A stretch of DNA of 64,000 nt from Mobula hypostoma (taxonomy: Eukaryota), in assembly GCF_963921235.1 (NCBI RefSeq), contig NC_086097.1, positions 74,402,001 to 74,466,000 on the forward strand, given 5' to 3'. The position numbers and the translations under genes were made by a program. Shown piece by piece: positions 49,795 to 62,764 of this stretch. Numbering within the stretch: the first letter of the stretch is position 1; every line of letters starts with the position of its first letter. Under the pieces are notes generated by a model that was not told the DNA's origin, ran no database searches, and saw only the letters and a list, made by a program, of their open reading frames with translations.

Positions 49795-52700
49795 TGTAAG
49801 ATGAATGTTGTGTCACTATGATTCCACATCCAAACATGGTGAAAGGCATATGTCATTATGCCACCATGTCATACGTATGCACCTCCCTAAAATAATAGCA
49901 AAGAGTACACATCCCATTCTCCCCATGTCTTCTTTTTGATTAATTTCTGGAGTTACAAAACAACATGTTGGCAACAAATAGATTTTAGAATGAACCCAAG
50001 CCAACTATCTTACCTGTTGAAGTGCAGCAAGACATTTGAGTTTAAGTAAAAAGCACAGCACACTTTTTCAGAAGAGGAGAGAAATGATCAAGTAAAAAAA
50101 AATACAGCACATTTTTGTCCCTTTGCGAGGGGAAAGACAGTCGAATTTGAAAAAACAACAGAAAATTGACAAAATTCACAGGTTTATAACAGTGTGCACC
50201 AGGTGACAATAAAAAATAAATTTAAAAAAGAGCAGAAATCGCTGGGTACATCAGAACAATAGACACATTCGATTGCACAATGGATAACTGGCTGATGTAC
50301 ACTGAGCAGATTGAGCAGAACTTGGAAGCAAATAAAAAAGTCGATGGAAACAAGCACCTATTTTGCTGAATGCAATACGTGGAAGAGTATACAGTTAGAT
50401 TAGAAATTTAATTATTCTAACCAAACCAGCTGAAATAAGGTTTGCTGATAACATGAATATAATGCAGAAACGTTTAGAAATGCAACCATTGTTGATCACA
50501 GAACACTTTAAGATTCATAAGCAGAATCAAAAGTAAGGAGAGTCCATTTCAGCTGCTCAGGTGAATTGAAGAGATTGTCCAAGCATTGTCAGTTCAGTGG
50601 TGTGCTTAATGATGCACTGAAAGATCCTTTAGTTTGTGGAATCTTACAAGAAAGCATTCAAAAACAGCTCTCAACTGAAGCACAACACACATTTAAAAGA
50701 GCAGTTGAAATCATTAACAAGAGAAAATCTGCAGATGCTGGAAATCCAAGCAACACACACAAAATGCTGGAGGAGCTCAGCAGGCCAGGCAGCATCAATG
50801 GAAGAGAGTAAACAGTTGTGTTTCAGGTTAAGACACTTTATCAGAACTGGAGAAAAAAGATGAGAGGTCAGAGTAAGAAGGTGATGGGAGGTGGGGGAAG
50901 ATGAAACCGGGAGTGGGAGGGGTGAAGTAAGTGACAGATGAAACTGGGAGGTGGAGGGGTGAAGTAAAGGGATAGGAAATCGATTGGTGAAAGAGATAAA
51001 GGACTGGAGAAGGGGGAATCTGATAGGAGAGGACAGAAGGCCATGAAAGAAAGGGAAGGGGGAGGAGAGCCAGGGGGAGATGATGGGCAGGTAAGGAGAT
51101 AAGGTGAGAGAGGGATATGAGAATGGGGAATGGTGAAGGTGGGGGGGGGGGCGGAATTACCAGTAGTTTAAGAAAAAAATGTTCATGCCATCAGGTTGAA
51201 GGCTAGCCAGACAGAATATAAGGCTTGCTCCTCAAACTGAGTGTGGCCTCATTGCAGCAGTAGAGGAGACTATAGACTTCCATGTTGGAATGGGAATGGA
51301 AAGTGGAATTAAAATGGGTGACAAAGGGAGATCCTGCTTTTTCTAGTGGACAGAGCATAGGCGCCCAGCAAAGCAGTCTCCCAAGTATCAATGGAAACAG
51401 CAGATAGAAATGCAATTGAGATGCAGTCGGGAATGAAAATGAGTATGAGCGAAATTGCAATGTCTAAACAGAAACTGGCCTGGCCAAACAGATTGTGTTA
51501 CCATTGTGACAGGAACTCACATACACCAGGCTAATACAGGATTAAAGGCAAAACTTGCAGAAAATGCCACAAAATAGGACACATACAAAAAAAATGTCAG
51601 GCAGACAAAAGTAAATGGATTGTACAGGGAAGAGAAAAAGTCAAGTTGCAGTTTCAAAAAGAGCACTATTCTGCATTCTGTTTTTGAAAAATCTAACTAT
51701 GATGAGAGTGACACAGGACTGGTAGCCTTGAGATTTACAATGTAAAAACTAACAAGAGACAAACAATGTCTCAATGGTATAACAATCTTATACCAGAAAT
51801 GAACGACAAATTAATTAAAATGGAATTAGACACCTTCTCGGCTATTCCACAAAATGATTCTGAGTTGTAATTCAAAGATACTGAACTGAAGCTTGCAGAT
51901 ATCCAACTAAAAACCTCTACAAGAGAAAAGATAACTCCTGCGGGAATGACATTCGTAGCAGTGAAATACAATAACCAACAAGCCACATGGGGTTCTATGT
52001 GGTAAAAGCAGGAGGAGCAGCATTGTTGGGCCATGATTGGCTAAGACAACTACAATGTAATTGGAGATCCATCCACTATTTGCATGCCCCACCCCCTGTA
52101 GCAGAGTCAACTCAAAGCGAATCAGGAAAGGTACTGGATGATGCCACAACAATATTCAAGGATGGCATTGGAAAACTCAAACATATCAAGGATAAAATAG
52201 TGTTAAATGAAACTGCCACACCCAAATTTTACAAAGCCCACTTGGCTCCTTACACTGTCTGTGATAAAGTAGCCAGTGAGCTTTTCCCAAAGTGTGATGA
52301 ATCTGTGGAATTCTCTGCCCAATGAAGCAGTGGAAGCTACCTCAGTAAATATATTTAAGACAAGGTTGGATAGATTTTTTCATTGCAGGGAAAATGAAAG
52401 CATTGGCTCGTAGCTTTGTCTGGCAGTCTGGGATAGACCAGAAGATCGAGCAGCTTACTATCCACTATTTAGGATGCCAACACATCCAGAAGATGCTAAG
52501 AACAGCACTTGTCCATTCCTGAGAATGACTTGCATTGCTCTGGCAGAGAATTCATGTGGATTTTGCCAGACCATTCATGGGCACAAATTTCTTGGTAGTA
52601 GTGGATGCAGGCATAAAGTGGCCAGAAGTGTTTTCAAAAACCTCCATGATAGCCTCACATCCTGTTGATGTGTTGAGAAACATGTCCCCAAGGACTGGTG

Positions 52701-53739
52701 TTCCAGGACACTAAGTCAGTGACAATGCACCATAGTTTGTTGCAGATCAGTTCAGTCATTCTTGAAAAAGAATGGAATAAGACATAATACATTTACATTG
52801 TACCATGCAGATACAAATAGCTTGGAGGAAAGGTTTGTCCAGAGTCTAAAGAATGCATTGCCAGCAATGTCAGCAGAACACATGGCAGTAACGTTGAATC
52901 AGAAGCTTGCCAATTTCCTCTCTTCATATCACAATGCAGCACAGTGCACAACCAACAGCTCACCAGCTATGCCGTTCCTGGATCATCCCTTGCACTCATG
53001 CTTAGATCTCCTCAATCCCAGTCTCAGAAGGAGTATGCGGGACAAATAGCTGGGACAAATTGAGGGCTCCTCTCCTGGACAGGCAGTCCTGGTGGGGAAC
53101 TACAGAGATGATCAAAAGTGAGTGCTTAGAAAGATTAAGGGCAGAACAGGACCACTCTCCTCCACAGTGGAGATTGAGTCTGATATCATCTGGAGATGAC
53201 AAATCGATCAGTAGAAGAGAGCAGAGTCAATTGTTGGAGAAGAAAGGTGGCCACAACTGTCAAGACAACTTCCTGCAGTCCTAGAGTCAACTCCTACAAC
53301 ACCGTGGAGGAGGCCCCAGGACCTGAGATAGTTTTACCACCACAAGTTTCACCTGCCAAGCAAAGTGATCCCCTTTGTCAGGAAAGATGTTACCCCACAA
53401 CAGTAAGAAATCCTTTTCTTACAGTAATTAAATCTTTAGGCCTGAATGGGACAACTTAAAATTTACCATGTTGTAGATTTCTATATAGTGGTTGTATTAT
53501 ATAATATACTGTGACAATACATAAATTGAGATACATTCTGTATTTGAGTAATATTTTAAATATCTTGTTTGATTAAGCATTTTTTGCTTACATAATTCAT
53601 TACGGGTTATTTGTAAGAGGTAGCTGAACAGCATAAATCATTATACCAGCACATCATGTGCATGTCTCCCTCAAGTCAAAATCAAGAGTACACATTTATC
53701 CCGGTCTCTTTGTAATTTCTGGAGTTACAAAACAAAACA
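49795..53739 (+). mobile_element. Decayed Gypsy (Mag-like) LTR retrotransposon with both LTR ends
   Basis: Shared LTR end TAATTTCTGGAGTTACAAAACAA at 49941-49963 and 53713-53735. Gag includes FDCTMDNWLMYTEQIEQ, LKDPLVCGI and two CCHC-like knuckles (about 51495-51600). Protease includes MELDT and ALLGHDWL. Integrase includes WQRIHVDF, VVVDA, VSDNAP and ERFVQSLK. RT and RNase H are largely deleted. Confidence 0.88.
50716..51384 (-). mobile_element. PLE 3' fragment inserted into the Gypsy gag
   Basis: ORF 51203-51460 contains GIY-YIG-like THFNSTFHSHSNMEVYSLLYCCNEATL, followed by frameshifted LASLQPDGMN. A degenerate hammerhead lies at 50813-50850. The insertion splits gag at AVEI|VSMETA. Confidence 0.9.
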
Positions 53740-56700
53740 GTAACCATATGCAAGCTATCACAAAACAAGACCAAAATGCAAGGTTTCCCTGAAATATGCA
53801 AGAGGCCAACGTTCTCTAATTTATCATTTCAATAGAAATTTTGTGGTCTATTTTCATAAATCCTCAGAAACAATTTGGAGGCTTCAAAGGCAGCAGTAAA
53901 TAACAGTACATTCAATACAGTGACAGACTTGGATGGAGCAGGGCTGAGTTCCACACGCTCAGGGAGACTTTGACAAACAACAGCAGATCTCCACACTGTG
54001 TCACTTTTAACAAAGAGCTATATTAATTAGAATCACAGAGAATTAAAGCATCTTTACTACCACTTCTAGTGGCTGATGCATTGTTTTATTGTGCTTCAGA
54101 AGGTATGAATTTAAAGTGACAGATAGCTTTCCCTCAAACACTTGGTGGATTGGTAATATGTACACAATTACTATTCCAATTGCAGTTTTGCTTTTCCAAT
54201 GACAACCCATTAAATTTTCAATCACCAAATAAAACCTTCAAAGTAAAACAAACATCTCAGTTTAGTCTAGAATTTTTCTAAAAATTATTCAATAAGGAGC
54301 AGAATATTGATACAGGCAGATTTGCTCTGTTGGTAAATGAATATTACCAATACAAATATATCAGCATGTAGAATTGCTCAACTCTAAAGCATTACAAAGT
54401 ACATTTTGCTGCTACTATATCTGCAAAATGTTTTTTAGTTACCAAAAATAAGAAGTTTTTTTGTTGTTAGAAATGTTGTTTGAGCCGACTGATTGACAGT
54501 TACTTTTGTCCTGTCCTTTGAGCAAGCACATTTCAACCCTGTAAAATATTGTGCATATGTAACTCAAGTAATCTACTGACTGCTCCGAGCAATTTCGTCT
54601 TAATAATTCACACGCTGTTTTGCTTTGAAGTATTTTGGTCTTGAGTTCTAAGACTTACTATATGGAATCACCATGCTCAAAGAATTGCTCGCTGTCTCTG
54701 AAGGCTGGAAAGAAAAAGATAATAATTTGGCACAAAGAAATCTAGTTGTGCTTCATGTTCCAGGGAAAGCATGAAAATGAATCAGTGCTCAATACCTTGT
54801 TCCAGTCTAATTCTTTTAAGTTTTCCAATATAAGCATCATTACTGAGCTATTAGTTATTATCTGATAACTGCCATGTGTTAACCTGTCTTGAAATAGATT
54901 GTTGTTGACCCTCCTACTCAATGGTATACAGATGTGAAGAGAAAATGTGGCATTTTCCAATGATTTTTCCAGTGTGTTTCTTAACTGATGTACATTTAAG
55001 ACCCTTAGTGATATCAGTGCTTCAAAAGATTACAGAACCATGCCAACACCATTTGAAATACAAAACTAATATTTCCCTTTTATTCAGCTGAGTTATTTGA
55101 TTACAATAGCAGCATCTGAACATTGTATCCTTAAACCCATTTGGAGATAAACAGGAGAGTTTCAAAACTGCCAGCGAATACATGCTTATAGCAATATCAG
55201 AAGTAAAGAGAATGGAACACCACAAAGTAGATTTCAAACTGGGCCCCAAATTACAGTAGTGCTGGGTCTTGCTCAATATCATCAGAGGGCCATCTTCCTC
55301 CTCACCCCACTGCCTAACCTGAGTTTTGTGTGTTTTGATTCTTCTTTGTTTAAAAGCGGGCTATTACTGGTCGAGTTTATGAAAAAAATAGGAAGTCAAT
55401 TTTGTTAGATGTTGGAGCTCCCAAAGATGAGTAGTCTTCCTTGCAATAAACTGATCAAACCTCTTCTCATCCAAAGTTTCAAGCTCCACAGCATTAGTTT
55501 TAGGGATAGCACTGCCTCATAATAACATCAACAGTTTGTTATGCCTAGGGAGGAAAGAAGGAATAATTGCATGGAGTTCTAGATCAACTAACATCCCACA
55601 AATGGCAGAGCTGATGGTCATTAGGTAAAGCAATGGTGTGTGGAGATAAATGGCTCACTGATAATCAGGAAGATTCACTGGGGAGAGCAATAGTTCAGTG
55701 CCAGAGATCTAGGGACGGTGGGTGGAGTGAAGTGGGAGGAGATTAATGGTGGGTAAGGTAATTGGTAATTAGTTACTTACCAATTGGTGGAACATTTGGA
55801 TCACAGTAAGTTATGGATTTGCTGTTAGGGGCCTTTGAGTGGCCTGTGGGCCTCCTGGGAAAGATCCTTATTTTTCCTGGGCCATTAGCAGTGCTGGAGA
55901 ACCAAGGAGATTATAGGTACTGACATTTATTCCTCCTTCCATCTGATTAGTTTCCCAGGGCTCAGGAACACCAGTTGGTATGAGCTAAAATTTGATCAAT
56001 TGTTAAAATGAGGACAAGAAGCTTCATTATAGTATGCAAATATGTAACCGGCCTTCCAAAGAGCACCCTGTCTGCTAGTGTTGAAAATTGAAGACGCCTA
56101 GGTCAGATTAATTGAATTTTAATTTCTTGCTCCTTCCTAAATGTACTCACTTTGGGAATGCAAGACTTGTTGATCCAGATTTTTTTTTCTGGACAACACC
56201 CAAAAAACAGAGTTTCACAGATAGAAATTGGATCAATGATCATGTAATTTTGGACAGATTTCTGAGCATGTTACTGGCAGGCAGCAGTCAGGGTGTGATT
56301 TTTGGAGCATGACTTTATTTGCCTAACTGTTGTTTCCATGACATGCAGCAAACCCAGACTTGTATTAGTAACAGTGCCATGCCCAGTATTCAATTTCTGG
56401 CAAGACTTTTCACATTGGTCTAAATCACAACCAGCACTTTTCATTGACAGAAGAATCATCTTTTAGCAGCACTGAAGGAACACACCATATATTATTTCAT
56501 GGGTGAGACACAACTATCCTGTAGTCACAGGCAGAGGGCCATATACTCAAATCTCAACTGGACTGATACAGACCAAGATCCCCGTCACCACAACTCCAAT
56601 ATGGTTTCAGTAGGTTTCCCCTTAACATTTCAGGAGACAGAAAAAATCCTGCAACACGAGGCTCAATGTTCATCAGATCAGATGTGCTTAATAAAAATGA

Positions 56701-57060
56701 AGAGATCAGAGTAAAAATTGATGGTGACTTTGAAAGCAGTGGAAGATTTTGGTATTTTCTTAGTAAACCTGAAGTAGTGATCTTTTCTGTGAGTTGGGGG
56801 GTTGGGGATTATTATGTATGGGACGTTGGTGATTGTTATTGTGGCTAATTTTTCTGTGGGATGGGGAAGATTTTGGTGTCTGTGAGTTTTGTTTCTTTTC
56901 TTATTTGTGCTGGGGGGGAGTTTATGTCTTTTCTCTTATCAACATGATTTTTCTGTATCTAATGGCTTTCTGGAGTATACAAATATCAGAGTTGGATTGT
57001 GCATGCATACTTTGACAATAAAATGACCCTTCGAAACTTTAGTAAATGACAAAAAATGCT

Positions 57061-57270
57061 GAGTAACATACACAAAATGTTGGAGGAACTCAATGAGTCA
57101 GGCAGCATCTATGGAGGGAAATAAGGAGTCAATGGTTCTGGCCAAGACCCTTCATCAGCCCTGGAATGCGACTCCTTATTCCCCTCCATAGATGCTGCCT
57201 GATCTATTGAGTTCCTCAGGCATTCTGTGTGTGTTTCTCTGGATTTCCAGCATCTGCTGAAATCACCTGT
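57061..57270. mobile_element. Palindromic PLE insertion with a hammerhead in the spacer
   Basis: Arms 57098-57130 and 57170-57202 are reverse complements with 1 mismatch in 33 bp. The spacer reads ctgatga-agggtcttggcca-gaacc-att-gactc on the minus strand. Confidence 0.9.
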
Positions 57271-59869
57271 GAATACAAATGCTGTCAAAGTTAGAGTGAC
57301 CTTCACTCCAAGATGCCTTATCATCACAACCCCTTTCGGTTAAGAGCTGAATGTAGAAAAATGTGAGCAACGAAGTGGGGAACCTATTGCTTTTGCTTTC
57401 ACAAGTGGAAGAAACATTTGGATCTCAAATATACTGGCATTTATAATGGTAACTAATGATCTGACAGGCCTCCTGCCACAGGCTGTTCCTATGCATACTG
57501 TTCTTCATCAGCCAGTGCAGGTTTTTCTTCCCCCAGGAAACCTCTCTCACTCCTTTCACATTATTGTAGCACTCATTCCTTGCTAACAATCTCCAGCAGC
57601 TGAAAGAGTGCTGGTTGTATTGTGATGGAACTTCCAGGGTAAGGACATGAGAAAATACACTATTAAAGTATTAATTCTGAGGCTTAATGCTTATTCTTCC
57701 TGAAACAGCAATATTATGCAAAGGAACCCACTCATACTATTTGGAATTGCAAATAATAATACTTCCTATTCTTTTTGATGCTTTTTGAATCAGCATCAGG
57801 GAGTCTTAACACTTTTTTAACACCAGAGGAACAAAAGAAATTAACATCATTGGCAAACTAGTTTCATATAAAATATTGAAAGAAAACATATCACTAAAAT
57901 AGGAACAAGAATTTAGTTTTAATCTTTCTTTTTTGGCCTTTGCTGATTAGTTGTGTTTATAAAGAGGCAGAAGGGGGACAGGAAACATCAACTGGACTCA
58001 CAGTTTTGAAAAGGGAGACTTGAGGCACAAAAATGCTGAGAAGGAAGGCTAATGATTTTCAGCTTCTGACTTGAAATACTTGTTCTTTCCTTTGAGTGTG
58101 ATCAGAATTATTAGAAGTCACTGTTTTCAATATTGAGGAACAGTGTCAAAATTGAAATTTAAAGAAAAAGCATTTGGCAGTATTATGCTGAACTTGAAAG
58201 TACCTGATCTTCACAGTGGGTGTCCATAATGTCTATTCCCCATCCCTTTCATTTTTAATACTAAGTAATTGAATTTTTTTGAAAAACAATGGTGATACAC
58301 AGAAGGTTATGCAGCATGTGTAAAACAAAGAACAGAAATAATGTTTCAGGGCAGTCACCTATCAAACCGGGTAAAAGTTAAGCTAAAATACATTTTTAAA
58401 ATGTAGAGGAGGTGGGTATTGTGAGTAGCAGGTGAACAAAAGGGAATATCTAGGATAAGGCAGAAGGCAAGAGGGATGGAAAGTTCTACAAAACAGTTTT
58501 CATCCGATGTTTCATGATGCAATGCAATTGACGTAACCTTGTCTGCACAAGATTGCAATTACGCCTGTCTTCTAGGAATGCAATTCAAACCCCAACCCTA
58601 CATCCAAAGGCTTATGACCTTACGGCTAAGTAGTCCCTATATAATTTTATGTCTCACCTTAGTTCGCTTTGTTCCAAAGAAAACAACTACCATCCATCCA
58701 ACCTTTCGTCATAGATAAAATTTTCCATTGCTGGTAATACTAGAAAAATATCTTCTCTGCACCCTGCCTGATGTAAATGCATTTGTTTCGTCATTTGGTG
58801 ACCAGAATTATAACCAATTCTCAAGCCATGGTCTCAGTAAATTAGCCTCCCTGTCTTCCTTGATGAATAACAGAAAGTATCTCAGCTGCCCATTTCAGTT
58901 TTTATATTGACCTGTCCATTTTATGGATATACTCTTCAAAGTCCTTTTATTCTTCTACACCTCTTAGTGTCCATTTTTGATTATATATTCTCTGGCTCTA
59001 TCAAATGCATTCCTTAACACCGAGCTGCATGAAGTCCCATTAGTCATTTTCTGCTTGCATGACCAGACCATTTCTGTGCCTCTGCATTCAATACATGGGC
59101 AATTTGTGTACCATATGCAAACTCCTTTATCCACTATATCTGCTATAATGAGGTATAAGTTCTTAACAATATCTTACAGAAAACGAACAAAAAACATGAA
59201 AGCTTCACACAAAAGAAATTCTTGCATGGTTCATTTAGATTCCCTTGTAACTGACATTTTGAACATCAATTGCCTCAAGATGTTGACAGAATAACAAAAG
59301 AACACATGTGCAGCCAAACTTTCTCTGATTTTTTTTCTCGTGCCTTTCTTCTTTTATTGACTCAAATATTGAGGGAAAAGTGGGACTGTCACTAAGCAAG
59401 ACAACCAATAGATGACCCACAGAGGAATTCAAATTCTGTCTTGTTTAAAGGCAAGGAAATAAACCACTAACATTGCCAAGTCTATGCAAGGTATTCATTT
59501 GTTTCAAGGAGAAAGCTGATGGGATTTCATTTGATAGGGTAGCAGGAAGTAAAGGTCGCGTGGAAATTTGTGATATACCTTATTATTCCAACTATTATTT
59601 GCCTGTCAGCCATAATCTTGTTATAGAAGGTCAGGTAAGCATGCCCACACAAAAGTAGGACAATGCATGATCCAATAAATGAGCCAAATATGATTAGGTT
59701 GTGAATGTCATTGTAGAATAGGTGACCATGACTGACCTATCTGAGATTTTTCTAGCTGTAATTATATATTACTTTCAACTGGTAACAGATTCAAATTAGA
59801 TCAATCGAAAACTATACCAACCTTGTTAACTTCTGGAAGCTTTGTATCATTACAATCAAGTATCTATTA

Positions 59870-60010
59870 TATTACGTCCCGTGGGTGCAGTCTTTCATTG
59901 ATTTTATTATGTTTCTTGGATTTATTGAGTATGTCCACAGAAAATGATTCTCAGGGTGGTATATGATGATATAAAGGTACTTTGATAATAAATTTACTTC
60001 GAACTTTGAA
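59870..60010 (+). mobile_element. Rex1/Babar-type 3' UTR fragment
   Basis: ggatttattgagtatgtccacagaaaatgattctcaggg...tactttgataataaatttactt is similar to 16070-16160. Confidence 0.7.
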
Positions 60011-60069
60011 TATCTGAAAATGGGATTCCCACCTGAACAAGAGTGGAGTTAGGGTCAGTGGATAACTTG

Positions 60070-60340
60070 GGCTGGCACAGTAACTTAGGAGTTAATACAA
60101 CACTATTACAGTATCTGTAACCAGGGTTCAATTCCACCCATGTCTGTAAGGAATATGTACGCTCTCCCTGTGGCCACATGTGTTTTCCTCCAGGTGCTCT
60201 GGTTACCTCCCACATTCCATGGACCTAGGGGTTACTACATTAATTGGTCACATGAGTGTAATTGGCCGGTGTGGGTTAGTTGTTCTGGAAAGTCTCACTG
60301 CCGTGGTGCATCTTTAAATACAAATTAAAAATAAATAATA
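60070..60340 (+). mobile_element. tRNA-derived V-domain SINE
   Basis: A-box-like ggcacagtaacttaggagtt, B-box gggttcaattcc and V-like domain gtgttttcctccaggtgctctggttacctcccacattcca. Confidence 0.8.
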
Positions 60341-60639
60341 ATACTACCAAAAATAATAATTTAGCAGTCATCTTCTCATTGGAATTAAATCACACTGGCC
60401 TGAAGTTAAAACATATACTCACTTGAAAAGGAGAAACACACAGTGATCTCACATTAGTAGTATCAGAAAAAAGGCACTAAATCTAAAATAGATCTTCAAT
60501 GGAAAACAATTTAATATCAGTTCTAATATCTGAGTTCATAAACTCAACCAAATTTAGTGGCGCAGATTGATTATATTTCACAGCTAGGTAACCCAGTGCT
60601 GGACTTTATATGGTCTCTATCTACATAATTCATATGGCA

Positions 60640-62500
60640 TGGGTGACTTCAACTTTACTAGTATTGATTGGCACCTCCTTAGTGCAAAATGATAAGATGA
60701 AGCAGAATTTGTTAGGTGTGTCCGGGAAAGATTCCTGACAGAATATACGGATGGACCGATTAGAGAGGCCATACTGGATCTAGGCAATGAACCTGGTCAG
60801 CTGACAGATCTCTCAGTGGGTGTGCATTTCAGAGATATTGACCACAACTCCTTGACCTTTACCATATCCACAGGAGCAGGTGGTATCGAGAAGTATTTAA
60901 TTGCGGGAGGATGAATTATGATGGTATTAGGCAAGAACTTGGGAATGCAAATTGGGAACAAATTATTCAGAATGGAAATTTGAGGTTATTTAGGGAGCAC
61001 TTGCATGGGGTTCTGAATAGGATTGTCCCATTGAGGCAGAGTAGGGTGACAAGAGATGTGGAACATCTAGTCAAGAGAAATAAAGAAGCATACTTAAGGT
61101 TTAGGAAGCAAGGATCAGACGGTGCTCTAGAGAATTACAAAGAATCCAGGAAGGAGCTTAGAATGCACTACAAGGGGATTTGAGAAAGCCTTGGTGAGTA
61201 GGATTAAGGAAAACCCCAGGGTGTTCTACACATTTGTGAAGAACAGTAGGATGACTAAGCTGATGGCAAGACCATTCAGGAATAGAAAAAGAAACATGTG
61301 CCTGGAGTCTGAGGAGTTAAGGGAGGTCCTTACTACTTTGCTTCAGTTTTCACCATTGAGAGGGACCTTGACGAATGTGAGGTCAGGATTAAATAGGCTC
61401 ATGTTCTGGCATACGTCGATATTAAGTAAAAGGATGTGCTGGAGCTTTTGAAAAGCATTAGGATAAATAAGTCCCTCTGATATACTCTAGGTTACTACTG
61501 GGAAACGAGATTGCTGTGCCTTTGGGTGATGATATTTTCATCCACCCGGATCGCAATAGTGCTAGAAGATTGGAGGTTGGCAAATGTGAATCTTTTGCTC
61601 AAGAAGGATAAAAGGGAACACCCCAGAATTATGGGAGAGTGGCAAGTAGATTACAGAGACAGGATTTATAAGCTTTTGGAGAAGCATAATCCGACTAGGG
61701 ATAGTCAGCATGGCTTTGTGACGAGCAGATCATGCCTCATGAGTCTGATTGAATTATTTGAGGGCGTGACAAAACACATCGATGAAGGTAGAACAGTAGG
61801 TGTGGTGTATATGGAGTTTGTAAGGTGTTTGATAAAACTCATCGGAAAGTTAGGAGCTATGGGATTCAGTACTGCTGATATTAGTCCATCCTGCCTCACA
61901 GATGCCCATTTGTAAGCCCCTAAATTCTACTCTGAACCTATCTTACATATCACAGAGATTTTGATGTACAGAGAGAATTAATGTACAGTGGAATTGTGTG
62001 ATCCAAGTCCATAGTTTCCTCAAAGTGGCTGCACAATTCAATAGCATATTAACTAATGCATATGGTTTGCTGACCTTACATCTGGAATACTGCAATCAAT
62101 TCTTTTTACCCCATTATAGGAAGGATGTGGAGGCTATGAAGAGGATGCACAAAGGTTTTACCAGGATGTTACCTGGATTCGAGGGCTTGAGCTTTAAAGA
62201 GGTTTTGGACAAACTAGAATTGTTTCCTTAGTGATTGCTGAGACAAAACCTAATAGAAGTCTTTTTTTAAATTATGATAGACGAAGATAGAATAGGTGGC
62301 TGGTATCATTTTAGCAGGATTGAAATGTACAGTACATGCATTTATGCAGAAAGTTCAAAGAAGATTTGTGGGGCAAGTTGTTGATGAAGAGTCTCGGCCC
62401 CAAATATTGACTGTTTACTCTTTTCCATAGATGCTGCCTGTCCTGCTGAGTTCCTCCAGCACTGTGTATTTTGCATGTGATGAGGGTTGTTGTCTTAGTC
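60640..62500 (+). mobile_element. Decayed CR1 LINE ORF2
   Basis: MGDFN, IKENPRVFY, EDWRLANV, SQHGFVTSRSCL and YRKDVEAMKRMHKGFTRMLPG, with deletions. Confidence 0.88.
62381..62478 (+). mobile_element. Short PLE 3' unit with degenerate hammerhead, nested in CR1
   Basis: ttgatga-agagtctcggccc-caaat-att-gactg, followed by the family tail. Confidence 0.82.
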
Positions 62501-62764
62501 AAAGTGTGGCTTTTTCTTCACACTTCATCACTCCTACAAATGCTGGCATGGACAAATGCATTTGCAAATGGTGATAAATAGCTTAAGTTAGTTACTGCCT
62601 TCACCTCATCACAGAAACCAGTTGTCAGGTAATTTGGTTCACTCTGACATGATATGAAGAAAGCACTAAAAACTCCAGTTACGGCAAAGTCTGTGGGACC
62701 ATGCCACATCTGCATGTAGGACTGAAGACTTGTACTCCAAAATTAACTGCACCTCTACCAATGA

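Noticed and set aside
646..62478. Recurrent ~135-bp repeat read as a CRISPR-like or prokaryotic REP-type array
   Set aside because: The copies are dispersed, in both orientations, flanked by TSDs and linked to GIY-YIG coding sequence. There is no repeat-spacer periodicity and the context is eukaryotic.
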